A stretch of DNA of 64,000 nt from an uncultured virus (IMG/VR IMGVR_UViG_3300032167_000030). Lineage: Duplodnaviria > Heunggongvirae > Uroviricota > Caudoviricetes. Location: the IMG/VR virus record IMGVR_UViG_3300032167_000030. One strand, 5' to 3'. A model generated the notes under the pieces. The model did not search any database. It was not told where the DNA came from and saw only the letters and a program-made list of their open reading frames with translations. This document shows, piece by piece, positions 19,347-30,304 of this stretch (position 1 is its first letter; every line of letters starts with the position of its first letter). A program made the position numbers and the translations under genes.

Positions 19347-21035
19347 TTATGCGATTTTTCTATTTTCTAGTAATTCTAGCATATCTGTTACATTAGGTAG
19401 ATCAAAATAGTCTTTACCAATGTTGATATAGTTTCTAGTTACAATGTCATCAACTAACTTAGGACTATCAAATTCATCAGATTCAATACGTCCAATCTGA
19501 GTAGTAGCATCTACATTGAATGCTAGAATAATACTTGGATATAGAGAAGTTAAGTCAAAGTCAATGACATTTTCAAAAATATATTTAGATTTACTACCGT
19601 TAATTACCAAACCTAGAGGCTTGTTTAACAAGGGGTTAGCCACAAACGCACCGCGGAAGCTTTCCTTGACAGTTTCATTTAGTCCACCATAATTCGTATT
19701 ATGGTTATTACTCATGATATAACCTCTGTCAAAATAGAATCTTCTAGCTAGATTTTTCAAACATACAGTCTTCTTTAGTGCTTTCTGAATTCTAGTTTCA
19801 GTCTTTGCAGCTACAGCATAAATCATGTTGAAGTCTTTATTTCTAGCTTCAATCATATGAAGAAGCATTGTATCATGAAGGTTGTATTCAATGAATTCTT
19901 CATAATCCATCCATGCTGAATTCTTTGTAGTAGTATCTGGATTTTTAAACTCTAGTTTGTTCTCACCTAATTCTTCAAATGCAATTGCATCCAAAGAATA
20001 AGATTCTCTCTTACCTGCACCTTTTCTTAAGTTAGCAAACAGTAACATTTGGTCTAGATAGTTAGTGTAGCTAGATACTGAGAAATAGTCACCTTTATCT
20101 GCAGGATCCTGATTTTTAGTATCTTTACTGAGATAACAATACTTATATGGAATATCTTCAGCACAAATGATGTCATTAGGGGTAGCACCTAACTGAGCAA
20201 TTCGATTGATTAGATACTCAATATCGAATCCGAATATATTCCAGCCACTAGCAAAGTCAGGTTTCAAAAGATTGATCAAATGAAAGAAATCTGCAATTAG
20301 AGATAATTCATCTTCTTCATTATACCAGATTAGTTTTAGTTTTATATCTAAACCCTTATCTTTATACTTTTGCTTCATTCTCTTCTTGAAATCTTTTAGT
20401 CGATTAGTTTCAAATTCTTCAATTAAGGGATTTTCAGAATTTCTTAAGAATAATCCATATAGTGTCATGTTGCTATCATTAAAGAAAGAAATAGCATTAA
20501 CAGGACATTCAGCATCTGCAGGATTTGGGAATCCTAGAATCTTCATAGAATCAACTTCGATATCAAAAAATCCTTTAGTAAATTCGTTCTTAGATTGTTC
20601 TACTGGATACTTACTATAGTGTTTTCCAATATAGTAATCTTCTAAGTCAATATCAGAACCATGTACATTAGGATCTAGAAATACTGCTTTAGCTGCACTA
20701 AATTTCTTACTCTTAATACATTTCCAGAAGAAATCTTCATTACCAGTTTCATATGCAACAGATTTTACTATATTACTAGATGAACAGGTTATTTCTCGCA
20801 CTTTTTCTTTTTCTATATAGTTTACTTGTTCATCTAATACATAATCATCATCAGTTACATAATAAGTAAAATCTGGATCTGGAATAGTTTCAACTATCTT
20901 TTCACCAGTTTCTTCATCTTTTAATACTTTCATTATTACATCAAAACGATTACCCTCATCATCATAGTCTTGAGATTTTATAGTTTTTACTAATTGATAG
21001 AAACTCACATCTTTCATCCTCCTTTTATGGTTCAT
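19347..21035 (-). CDS. Family B DNA polymerase, N-terminal part of a split enzyme (3'-5' exonuclease + motif A)
   Basis: ExoI FFDIEV, ExoII GWNIFGFDIEY, ExoIII YNLHD, motif A DFDLTSLYPSII. Ends without motifs B and C. Confidence 0.88.
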   Translation of the reverse strand: MNHKRRMKDVSFYQLVKTIKSQDYDDEGNRFDVIMKVLKDEETGEKIVETIPDPDFTYYVTDDDYVLDEQVNYIEKEKVREITCSSSNIVKSVAYETGNEDFFWKCIKSKKFSAAKAVFLDPNVHGSDIDLEDYYIGKHYSKYPVEQSKNEFTKGFFDIEVDSMKILGFPNPADAECPVNAISFFNDSNMTLYGLFLRNSENPLIEEFETNRLKDFKKRMKQKYKDKGLDIKLKLIWYNEEDELSLIADFFHLINLLKPDFASGWNIFGFDIEYLINRIAQLGATPNDIICAEDIPYKYCYLSKDTKNQDPADKGDYFSVSSYTNYLDQMLLFANLRKGAGKRESYSLDAIAFEELGENKLEFKNPDTTTKNSAWMDYEEFIEYNLHDTMLLHMIEARNKDFNMIYAVAAKTETRIQKALKKTVCLKNLARRFYFDRGYIMSNNHNTNYGGLNETVKESFRGAFVANPLLNKPLGLVINGSKSKYIFENVIDFDLTSLYPSIILAFNVDATTQIGRIESDEFDSPKLVDDIVTRNYINIGKDYFDLPNVTDMLELLENRKIA

Positions 21036-21270
21036 TTAGTTTTTCTCTAATTTTTTCACGCATAAAATGTTGTAGTTCTAAACGTGTATTAAATTTTGGA
21101 ATTTCAATTTTTTTAATACCAAAATCAAATAAGATTTTTTTAACATTCTTTTCATCTGTTTCAGTCGGTTTTTTCTTCATCATAACTTCACTTACTGTTT
21201 GATCAGATGAAAAATCGTTAAAGATATTGTTTTCAATACTATTTGCCAAAATTAAGCAACTCCTTTTCAT
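21025..21270 (-). CDS. Hypothetical protein
   Basis: 81 aa ORF abutting the DNA polymerase gene. Confidence 0.5.
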   Translation of the reverse strand: MKRSCLILANSIENNIFNDFSSDQTVSEVMMKKKPTETDEKNVKKILFDFGIKKIEIPKFNTRLELQHFMREKIREKLNEP

Positions 21271-21367
21271 TCGTATAAAATATTTAATTAAAAGTTATTT
21301 TTAATTTTCTATCATTAAAATATATATTTCTAACAATTTTTAATCTTTTACAATCTAATATAACAAA

Positions 21368-21379
21368 AACAATACAATA
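21368..21379 (+). promoter_or_regulatory. Putative late promoter AACA-N6-TA upstream of portal (representative copy)
   Basis: Also at 9563, 23300, 38621, 45507, 48306 (+) and 14453, 15031, 29356, 41886, 44059, 45444 (-). Confidence 0.6.
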
Positions 21380-21410
21380 AAACTTTCAAAGAAAGGAAGG
21401 TGAGTATATT

Positions 21411-23201
21411 TTGGCGGATAAGAAAAAAGAATTAACTTTAAAAGATCAGCTAGATCAATTTAGAGCTGTATCTAAATTGTCTACATCTGAATTATATGGA
21501 ACTACTGAAAAATTTGCAGATGATAACTATAAAGATCTTTCTGACATTAGAAATACTATAGATAGTGTTATGTTTAGATATAAGAAATCTACTGGTGATG
21601 ATATCATAGAATTTTTTAATGCAGTTAACATGAAACATAATTCTAATGTTGGTCGTCCTAGTCGTTCTGCAAAAACAGAACATGTTAAAAAACAACTTTC
21701 AGATATTGAAAGTATGGTAAATAATACTGATATCTATTCTATGAATGAATTATTCAGTCAAGAATCAGGACGTTTCCAACTTTATAGTAGTTATCAGCTA
21801 ATCTATGAGAATATACCCCAGATGGCTCAAGCCTTGGATACTTATGTCGATAATATAATGTCACCTGATGATTTTACTAAAGATATCTTTAACATCTATC
21901 TAGATGATGTTATTATTTCTACTACAGAAAATAAAGGTGAAAATGTTAAGATAATCGATAATTGTAAGGATCTAATTAAAAAGTATAAATTAGACACTCA
22001 ATGTAAGAGAATTATAAAAGAAACTTTAAAATTAGGCGATCAATTTGTTGCAGTTTTAAAGATGAACGATGAAATTTCAAAAGTAATGTTATCTGAAGAT
22101 TATAAAAGTAGTATGGAAGCTACTAATAAGTCTTTAACAGAATCAGATATTACTTTAACTGATGATGAAATTGTTCAACTAGCTGAAATGTTTGATTTAT
22201 CTAATGTAAAAATCCCTCAGAATAATCCTCCTTCAATATCTGATTATAAAAATTATACTGATAAGAAAAAACTAAATGAAGCTTATCAACATGACTTAAA
22301 AATCTATAACGAGGAAGTAAAAGTATTTAATGAAGCTAAACAAAGGCTCTCACATGATATAGCTGAGATTCTAAATAAGAACTTTGTTTTTACAGAGGAT
22401 TCATCTTGTCTATTAGAAGACAATGTAGAGATATCTAAACAATTTGGAATTAGTAGTAAGAAAAACTTATTCAATAATTTCCAAAGCCAAAATAAAGAAG
22501 ATAGAAAGAATCTAAATCCTTTCTCTAAAACTAAATCTACTGATGAAATTCGAGTAGGTGGTTCTGTATTAAAAGTACTAAAACCTGAGAGAGTTATTAA
22601 GCTAGTTTTAGATGACTTTGAATATGGTTACTACTATATTGAGAATCTAGAAAATAATGCTGATATGCTAACTACTGGTAGTTACAGTGTATCTTCTAAC
22701 ATCTTTACTTCTTTTAAATCACAGGCAAATGAAAAACCAGATATCATTAATGCTAAGTATAGATTAATAACTGATGTCTTTGTTAAGAATATGGCAAAGA
22801 AAATTGATAAGAAGTTTATCAATAAAAATCCTGATTTTAAAAATACTGTCTATCAGTTACTAAAGCAGAATTACTTACTTAATAAACAAGTTAGAATGAT
22901 TTATTTGAAAGCTAGTGAAGTAGTACACTTCGGTAGTGGTACTGAAGATTACTATGATAGTATTTATAAATCCATTCTATTTAGTGCTAAGCTATATTTA
23001 GCAGTTTTAACTTCACAGGTTATGTTAAGACTAGTAAGATCACCTGAGAAACGTGCTTTTTATGTTGAGGTAGATCTTGATAATGATACTGAAGCTGTAG
23101 TACAACAGTTCATGAGAGATATTAAGACTAAAGATATTAAGATGAGTAACTTTGGTCAAGATATTAATACTCTTTTAAATGCTATAGGAACGTTCCAAGA
23201 T
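21411..23201 (+). CDS. Portal protein (T4 gp20-like), exon 1
   Basis: RLVRSPEKRAFYVEV (cf. gp20 RITRAPDRRVWYVD). Spliced product is 842 aa. Confidence 0.85.
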
Positions 23202-24302
23202 TAAATAATAGTCGTCTATATTAGTGATAGTATAGAGAATTATTTCAAGAATTGCTGGAAAAATCTGTACAAGTATATTTAAAACTGGGTACTAGAAACA
23301 ACAATTTATTAAAAATAGTTTCTAGGGGGCAGTTTTATGATAAATAAAATTATTGATGGAATTATAGTAAAATTTGATTCCGATATAGTTTGTTCTGAAA
23401 ATCGAATTATAAAAGACATTAAAGCTATTAAAGATCATTTATTAGAAATAAATGAGTCCGATAGATATTTTGAATGTCTTTATAAATTAGAAGAAGATTC
23501 TAAATCAAAACATAATCGTCTTTTTATAAAAACTAATGATAAATGTGGACATGGTGATTATATAGTAAGATTTGATAAATTCAAAAAAGGATCAAGATGT
23601 CCAGAATTTGATTGTAAATTAAAACGTGTAAATAAAAGTAAAGAAATTAATAAAAGAAAAGAAATAATAGAATTTGTTAATAATAGTAATTATGATTTTT
23701 TTGATGATGATATAAATAAATCAATAATTCAAATGTCTGAAAAAGGATATAAACTACGTTTATTATGTCCTTATTGTAAACATCTTTATGAAACAATGTA
23801 TTACAATTTTAAAGCAGGATATGGATGTGGATGTAGACATGGTTCTAGAGCTGAAGAAAAGATTCAATCATTCTTAGAATCAAAAAATTTTAATTTTGTT
23901 TCAGAAAAGAAGTTTGACGATTTGGTTTATATCGAAAAATTAAGATTAGATTTTTATTTACCAGATTATAATATTGCAATTGAATTTGATGGTGAGCAAC
24001 ATAAAAAAGGATGGAATAAAGATCCTGAAAGTTTGAAAATCACCAAAATTAGAGATCAGATAAAAGACGAATATTGTAAAAATAATGGAATAACTCTTCT
24101 AAGATTTGATAGAAAAGATTATAAAAATCTAGAAGAAATACTTGACAGATCAATCAGCAGCCTTATAAAAGGTTCAAAGACTATGTAGTATATAAGTTGT
24201 ATACTCTGTATGAAACAACTATAAAGATAGTTGAAGATATAGTCTATTCTCATATGAAAATATGAGTTTAGAGTTTAACAAACTCTGAAATAATAAGCAA
24301 AG
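23202..24302 (+). mobile_element. Group I intron 3 (1101 nt) in portal gene, with homing endonuclease
   Basis: P 23250, Q 24152, R GTTCAAAGACTA 24172, S 24234, terminal G24302. Splicing gives FQD|YYIP. Confidence 0.9.
23337..24188 (+). CDS. Intron-encoded putative homing endonuclease (Zn-ribbon + DUF559/Vsr-like nuclease domain)
   Basis: CPYC-type Cys pairs; LRLDFYLPDYNIAIEFDGEQH...RDQIKDEYC...GITLLRF. Confidence 0.8.
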   Translation: MINKIIDGIIVKFDSDIVCSENRIIKDIKAIKDHLLEINESDRYFECLYKLEEDSKSKHNRLFIKTNDKCGHGDYIVRFDKFKKGSRCPEFDCKLKRVNKSKEINKRKEIIEFVNNSNYDFFDDDINKSIIQMSEKGYKLRLLCPYCKHLYETMYYNFKAGYGCGCRHGSRAEEKIQSFLESKNFNFVSEKKFDDLVYIEKLRLDFYLPDYNIAIEFDGEQHKKGWNKDPESLKITKIRDQIKDEYCKNNGITLLRFDRKDYKNLEEILDRSISSLIKGSKTM

Positions 24303-24350
24303 TATTACATTCCTGTAGTTGAAGGACAAAAACCTGTTGAAATAGACACT
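24303..24350 (+). CDS. Portal protein, exon 2 (48 nt)
   Basis: YYIPVVEGQKPVEIDT (cf. gp20-family DYWLPRR..GKGTEITTLPG). Confidence 0.85.
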
Positions 24351-24563
24351 TAAAGTTTAGGGTAGGTGTCTCTAAATTTTCTTAATTGCTGGAAAATGCT
24401 TAACGTACAATCAGCAGCCTTTTAAATAAGGTTCAACGACTATATAGTACGATGTAAATACATTGGATATAGAAAACATAGAAGATATAGTCTGATCTCT
24501 AGTTTAAAATCTAGAGCATAATTCAAAAGGTGCAAGCTTAATAGACTTGTATTAACAACTATG
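24351..24563 (+). mobile_element. Group I intron 4 (213 nt, no ORF) in portal gene
   Basis: IGS GGTGTC pairs with exon GACACT. P 24384, Q 24409, R 24431, S 24482, terminal G24563. Splicing gives EIDT|IPGM. Confidence 0.92.
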
Positions 24564-25253
24564 ATCCCTGGCATGAATGTAGAGATCACTAATGATTTCT
24601 TAGAATATCTATTAAAGTCTATGATTTCTGGTATGGGTATTCCCCCTGAATTCTTAAGTTATTCTGAACAAACAGAATTTGCTAGATCACTAGGAATGAT
24701 GAACGGTAAGTTTGTTCGTTCTATTCTTGTTTGGCAGAAGATTTTAGGTGAACAATTCACTAAGATGTTCCGTTTACTATATCAGAATGAATACCTTAAT
24801 GATTATGATCTTAAGAAAGCTGAAAAGAAACTAAAGAAACTTAATCAAAAGCCTAAAGATGATACCGTATTAGTTGATACTGAAGAAGAAAAGGATCATG
24901 TAGCTAAAACTAGAGCAGAATTAAAAGATACTTATTTCAATCTAGAACAACTATCTGTTAAATTCCCTCCCCCTCAAGCACTTAACATGACTACTATAAC
25001 TGAACGTATCAATAATTCTAGAGATATAATAGATTTTATAACTAACACTATGGTATCTCAGGATAATGCTGAATTACAAACTGAATTTAGACGAGAATTA
25101 ACTAAAGATATTCTTAATACTTTTGATTGGAGTAAATACGATAAAATCCTTGAATCCGCAAAAGTTAATAAAACAGAGACTTCTATTAAAAATTCTTCTA
25201 TTGAACCTACTGATGACGCATCATCAATGGGCGGAGGAATGGGAGGATTCTAA
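24564..25253 (+). CDS. Portal protein, exon 3
   Basis: IPGMN...YLLKSMISGMGIPPEFL...KFVRSI; continues the portal alignment. Confidence 0.85.
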   Translation: MPGMNVEITNDFLEYLLKSMISGMGIPPEFLSYSEQTEFARSLGMMNGKFVRSILVWQKILGEQFTKMFRLLYQNEYLNDYDLKKAEKKLKKLNQKPKDDTVLVDTEEEKDHVAKTRAELKDTYFNLEQLSVKFPPPQALNMTTITERINNSRDIIDFITNTMVSQDNAELQTEFRRELTKDILNTFDWSKYDKILESAKVNKTETSIKNSSIEPTDDASSMGGGMGGF

Positions 25254-25307
25254 TAAAAATATAGACTATATCCATAAAGGATATAGTCTATATTTATTTA
25301 AACTAGA

Positions 25308-26168
25308 TTAGATATAATTCTGAGCTGAGCCGCCTAAACCACGATCAACGTCAGTATATCCATAAGCACCAGTTTCACCAACTCTGGTATCAGCAATAAA
25401 GCTTTCATCCATAGTTAACTTACCAGCATCAGGAGTAGTAGGATCGAATTCACCAAGTTCCATAAAGCCATAGACTTTTTCGTCTAAGACTTGTTTAGCA
25501 AAAGCATCAACCTTAGAAGACATATGGAAAACACCACGGAAATTCTGTTCATATTCTACTGCATCATGAGTACCATGAGTAAATGCAAACTGAGATAACA
25601 TAATACGAGTAGGCATAACAGCAGTGTAATAACATGCAAATTCAATATTGTTACGTCCAACGTTATTAGCATCAGGACGAGTTACAATATAGATAATTTC
25701 GCCAGTATGGTTCTTAGCTGCATAGTCAGTACCATGAACTCTAGGATAAGTAGCAATACCAGTTTCAGGATCACGAACGCCAGTAATCCAATACTGATAC
25801 ATATTACGAATAGGAGATCCAGAGAATTCACGATGAGTAATAGAGAATTCAGTATTAGCTTTATTCATAGTAGAAGCAATGTTGTATTCATTAGCTGCAA
25901 AACCATGAGTAACTTGAGTAGTCTGTAGTTCAATATCACCGAGAGAGAAACCAGAAAGGAAATTTTTCTCAGTCATTGCTTGGAAATCAGGGAAAGCCTG
26001 AAGAACCCAAGAAGGAACTACAATCCACTTAAAGAAAGAATAGCCAGAAACTAGAGGATCAAAGTCTAGCATCATAGTATTATAAGATCCATTAAAGAAA
26101 CTTTTAGTACTTGCAGGACCATTATTACCATTAAAGACAATTACGTTATTAGAGTCATGTCTTAACAT
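25308..26168 (-). CDS. Putative tail tube protein
   Basis: Directly downstream of the sheath gene; YQYWITGVRDPETG...GEIIYIVTRP pattern. Confidence 0.7.
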   Translation of the reverse strand: MLRHDSNNVIVFNGNNGPASTKSFFNGSYNTMMLDFDPLVSGYSFFKWIVVPSWVLQAFPDFQAMTEKNFLSGFSLGDIELQTTQVTHGFAANEYNIASTMNKANTEFSITHREFSGSPIRNMYQYWITGVRDPETGIATYPRVHGTDYAAKNHTGEIIYIVTRPDANNVGRNNIEFACYYTAVMPTRIMLSQFAFTHGTHDAVEYEQNFRGVFHMSSKVDAFAKQVLDEKVYGFMELGEFDPTTPDAGKLTMDESFIADTRVGETGAYGYTDVDRGLGGSAQNYI

Positions 26169-26278
26169 AAGTTTTCTCCTTTCAAATTTTAGAAGTTAGA
26201 TTTTTAATGTGAGAGGATAGAAAAGATTGTTTTCTATCCTCTCAACCGTAATTATTGGTCTAATAATTAGTTCATAAA

Positions 26279-29245
26279 TTAGTTATTGACAATTAGGTCA
26301 ATAGCAATTCTTTCAATGATAGAATTGAAGACAAGTTCAATCTTAACACGAAGTAGCTTCTGTTGTCTATCATAATCAGATGCATAAACAGTACCAGTGA
26401 TATTATCACAAGCTCTATTAGAAATCCACTGATTTAAGTAGGAGTTTAGAGCAGTCTGTGCATTAGTAATAGTAATGTCATCATTAAATTCGAACTGATA
26501 GTTCTTCATTAAATCTTCAACATCACGCTGAATACGTAATAAAGTACGAACACAACTGATGTTAGATAGAGCAGAAACAGTAGTCTGAGAAGTTAACTGA
26601 GAACCAAATCTGGTAGAAACCTGGTCTTGCTGTACATAGTTAATCTGTTTAATATAAAGATCTTCTCTTTCTAAAGAATTAGGTAAGAAGTTAATAGACT
26701 TAAAGCCAGAAATAGTACCACGACGAGGACCAACAAAGTTCCAATGGATACCATAGTTATTATCATTAGCAGGAATTTTGGATGCTAAGAAATAAGTAGG
26801 AGAAACTTCAATATTATTACCAGTATACTTAACATCATCGACTATAAAGGTCTGAGTGAAAATAGCTAAACGGAAGTTATTAACACTGATAGAATTCTTT
26901 CTATACTCGATTACTTTATCGCAATCAGGCTGATCTTCAGTATCTAAAATACCAATAAAGTCATTACGAATTTCAGTACATAGATTAGCAATAGCATTTT
27001 TAATAGATACAGGATATTTAGCATCAAGTACCATATCAATAGGCCACTGATCTTTATCTTCTAAACTAGGATCAATTTCACCACTATAACCCTTAGCTAT
27101 TAATTGTTCTATTTCTTTATTATTAGCCCATGCAGCATTTTCAATAGAACCATCTGTACCATATCTTAAATTAATAAAAGAATCATAGTTCTGAAGTCTA
27201 GTAATATAAGTATTTTGTTCTAATTGTTCCATCTTAGCTTTTACATTATCAACAGCAGTTTTAGCAGTATCATATTTAATAGAAGCTATATTACTTGCAA
27301 TATCACCAATAAGAGAAATAATTAAAGTTTTAGTATTTTTTATACTATTCTCAATAGAATTATAAATTTTAGTTTTATACTCTAGTAAGGATAGATTAAT
27401 TGCAAAAACTAAACTAGTAGATGATAGTAAACGTTCAATAGTTTCCCATGCAGCATCCATAGTTTCTGTGTAATCATCGAATAAAGTATATTTATCTGTT
27501 AAGATATCATAATCATTTTTAATAGAATTTAATAAAGATTCAGCTTCAGTTAATTTACCATTAGCAAATTTGATACTGTCTTCTTCACTATATCTATCAG
27601 TAATATTATCTAAAAATCCTAAAATCTTTTCACATTTACCAATAAATTCAAAGAAAAATTCTTCTTTTTCAGAATTACTATTAGAAATATCTAGCTCAGT
27701 ATATTTTTCTAATAAATTGGTTATTAGATTTTTATATCTAGTACAGTTAAGATCATAAGTGATAATATTTTTTATATTACTTTCAATATTTTTTAAAGCG
27801 TCTAAAATGTTAATATAATCATCTGATGAATGAGAAAGATTTGATCCTTGACCGATTCTAGAATAATCATAAAGTTCATACATTTGATTGAGTAAATTAT
27901 CTATACTACTAGATAAAGTATACATTAATGAATTGGCGATATTATAATCTTCTTCACCAATATCACCTTCAACAGAATTTTTAGTTTCTAATACATCTTT
28001 ATAGTCATTAAAATCTGAATAAGCTTTTTCAACAGTAGTATCTTTTTCTAAATTCTCAATACCAGCACCTAAAGTTGCAGGATTAGAACCATCCTTATCC
28101 TTAATAGTATCCAAACTAATAGAAGTAAAGTTATTAGCATCACCCTTATTGTTTTGGATCTTTCTAACTACACCTAATGCTTTTTTAATTCTATTAAAGG
28201 AATCATTATGGCGTTCATATAAACCATTACGATAAGAAGTATCGACTGATGCAATTTCAGCTTCAACCTCATCTCTTACGTCAACAATATTTCTTTCATC
28301 AGTAGCTATACCATTGACGTAACAGATAAGAGACATATGAATATCTTCATTTTTTAAGGTACGTTCATCATAATAAGTTTCATACTCACCATCAACAAAA
28401 CGAGTTTTACCACTGAAGACATCAATTCTATTAGGATGTACATCGGGATCGGAGTTAATAATCTTAGCTAGTTTTTCATAATTGTCTTCATTGAAAATAA
28501 TAGTAAAATAATCACAATATTTTTCAATAACATCAACAATGAATAAAGAAGAACCACTATAAGACATTGCATCGGGATCTAATGAAACAAGGAAAGGACC
28601 TTGGACAGTGGAAACACTTCCAGATTCAGAAGTTTTAGTTACTTCAAAATCATAAAGTCTGAACTCATAAGTAGAATCATAAGCATCATTTAAATTAATT
28701 CTAAAACCTAAATCATTATAACCAGAACCTCTGCCTTTAGGAATAACTGCAAAGATCATATTATTATCATAATGATCAACAGTTTTATCAGTAGATCGTC
28801 TTAATTCATTGAAGTTAATATCAGTTATTTCTTTATTATTAACTTTGGTATAAGTAACACAAGGTCTTAATTCTACATTATCAACATCTACAAATTCACC
28901 ATTTGCATTTAGAACTTGTTTAGTAGAAACCTTAGTTTGAATGTTTACAATAGCATTTGCATAACCTGCATCACCAGGAAGTACACGTAAGCAATATACT
29001 ACACCACCAGCATTAAGCCAATTAACGATATTATAGCCAGTCTGACCATATAATTTCATATTAGGCTCACCGTAGTTAAACACAAATTCAGAGACAGAAG
29101 TCATCATTTTGATTTTATTATCTACACCTTTTTCAGAGGTAAAGACAGCAAATAACTTAGTAGTACCTGAAGCGGTTATATATACGGTAGAATTGTCAGT
29201 AATGGTACTGCTTACAGAAGGATGTACATAATTAATATTTGCCAT
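26279..29245 (-). CDS. Tail sheath protein
   Basis: HPSV N terminus; FNYGEP; C-terminal GPRRG, INYV, RTLLRIQR, FEFND, IIERIAI. Confidence 0.88.
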   Translation of the reverse strand: MANINYVHPSVSSTITDNSTVYITASGTTKLFAVFTSEKGVDNKIKMMTSVSEFVFNYGEPNMKLYGQTGYNIVNWLNAGGVVYCLRVLPGDAGYANAIVNIQTKVSTKQVLNANGEFVDVDNVELRPCVTYTKVNNKEITDINFNELRRSTDKTVDHYDNNMIFAVIPKGRGSGYNDLGFRINLNDAYDSTYEFRLYDFEVTKTSESGSVSTVQGPFLVSLDPDAMSYSGSSLFIVDVIEKYCDYFTIIFNEDNYEKLAKIINSDPDVHPNRIDVFSGKTRFVDGEYETYYDERTLKNEDIHMSLICYVNGIATDERNIVDVRDEVEAEIASVDTSYRNGLYERHNDSFNRIKKALGVVRKIQNNKGDANNFTSISLDTIKDKDGSNPATLGAGIENLEKDTTVEKAYSDFNDYKDVLETKNSVEGDIGEEDYNIANSLMYTLSSSIDNLLNQMYELYDYSRIGQGSNLSHSSDDYINILDALKNIESNIKNIITYDLNCTRYKNLITNLLEKYTELDISNSNSEKEEFFFEFIGKCEKILGFLDNITDRYSEEDSIKFANGKLTEAESLLNSIKNDYDILTDKYTLFDDYTETMDAAWETIERLLSSTSLVFAINLSLLEYKTKIYNSIENSIKNTKTLIISLIGDIASNIASIKYDTAKTAVDNVKAKMEQLEQNTYITRLQNYDSFINLRYGTDGSIENAAWANNKEIEQLIAKGYSGEIDPSLEDKDQWPIDMVLDAKYPVSIKNAIANLCTEIRNDFIGILDTEDQPDCDKVIEYRKNSISVNNFRLAIFTQTFIVDDVKYTGNNIEVSPTYFLASKIPANDNNYGIHWNFVGPRRGTISGFKSINFLPNSLEREDLYIKQINYVQQDQVSTRFGSQLTSQTTVSALSNISCVRTLLRIQRDVEDLMKNYQFEFNDDITITNAQTALNSYLNQWISNRACDNITGTVYASDYDRQQKLLRVKIELVFNSIIERIAIDLIVNN

Positions 29246-29506
29246 AAGTTTTTTCTGCTGTGTAAAAATATAGTATAATCTTAATAATTTCTTACAGCAG
29301 AATCCTCCTTTCTTTTATTTTAAATTTTTAAGATTTGTAAATATAAAAGATGTTTTATATATTTGTTTTAAAATATAGGTATAAACCTATACCACATAAT
29401 GCAATTATATAAAATTGTATCTTTATTTTTCTTGATCTAATATCTTGTTCTGAAAAAATAATAAAAACTTCCATTACCTCAAAATAAGGTAATGGAAGTA
29501 TGCTTT

Positions 29507-30304
29507 TTAATACTTTATTGTTGGTTCTATAGGTGTTTCAGATTCTTTACCACCAGTTCTAGATTTAGAAACTGAATAAGTAATAGCTTTATTGATATTC
29601 TCACTAGTCATAGCTGTAAATGTTGAAGTTAACATAGCTAATTCTTTTATAGAAACCTGCTTGTAATCTAATTCAGATACTTTAGTATTACTTTTTCCTA
29701 TAACTTGTCTGAATGGAATTTCAGGGTTTCGTTTATATCTAGCTAACTCAGAAATAGTAAGTTCTAGAATTAATGAAGGAACTTGTAGGTCAGTACTATT
29801 AGTATCCATATTTTCTATATAAAGCTTAATAAAGTCACTATATCTAATAGATTTAGGTAGTTTACCTTTTTGATGTAGCTTTACTAGTTTTTCTGTATTT
29901 TTATAGGATTTAGCATGATTTAAGTTACTTATAAAAGAATCATTTTGATATAAAGTAAAAACTCTATAAGTATCTTCTGTGTTATCATCACTATCTATAT
30001 CACCATTTTCATCGTCATCATTGAAATCTCTTTCAATCAAAACTTCTTTTACATTATCTTGAAATTCTGAGAATGAAAATGTTATATCTTCAGGTAATGA
30101 TAACTGATAGGTATCATACTTATTTGATTCAGGATCTTTATAATACTTCATAACAAAGCATCCTATAGTCTTTACTTCAGTTCCTAATTCTTCTGCTAAC
30201 ATATCTTCGTCAAAATAAGACTTAGGAATGTATATATCAAGTCTGTTTCCAACAAATACAACTTTATCTTCCTCTTTTTTTAAGAAGGTAAAAGTCATAG
30301 TCAT
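29507..30304 (-). CDS. Probable RNAP beta'-like C-terminal fragment
   Basis: VPSLILELTISELAR and SIKELAMLTSTFTAMTSENINKAIT resemble RpoC INDKHIEVIVRQM and GITKASL..SFISAASFQETTRVLT. Confidence 0.5.
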   Translation of the reverse strand: MTMTFTFLKKEEDKVVFVGNRLDIYIPKSYFDEDMLAEELGTEVKTIGCFVMKYYKDPESNKYDTYQLSLPEDITFSFSEFQDNVKEVLIERDFNDDDENGDIDSDDNTEDTYRVFTLYQNDSFISNLNHAKSYKNTEKLVKLHQKGKLPKSIRYSDFIKLYIENMDTNSTDLQVPSLILELTISELARYKRNPEIPFRQVIGKSNTKVSELDYKQVSIKELAMLTSTFTAMTSENINKAITYSVSKSRTGGKESETPIEPTIKY

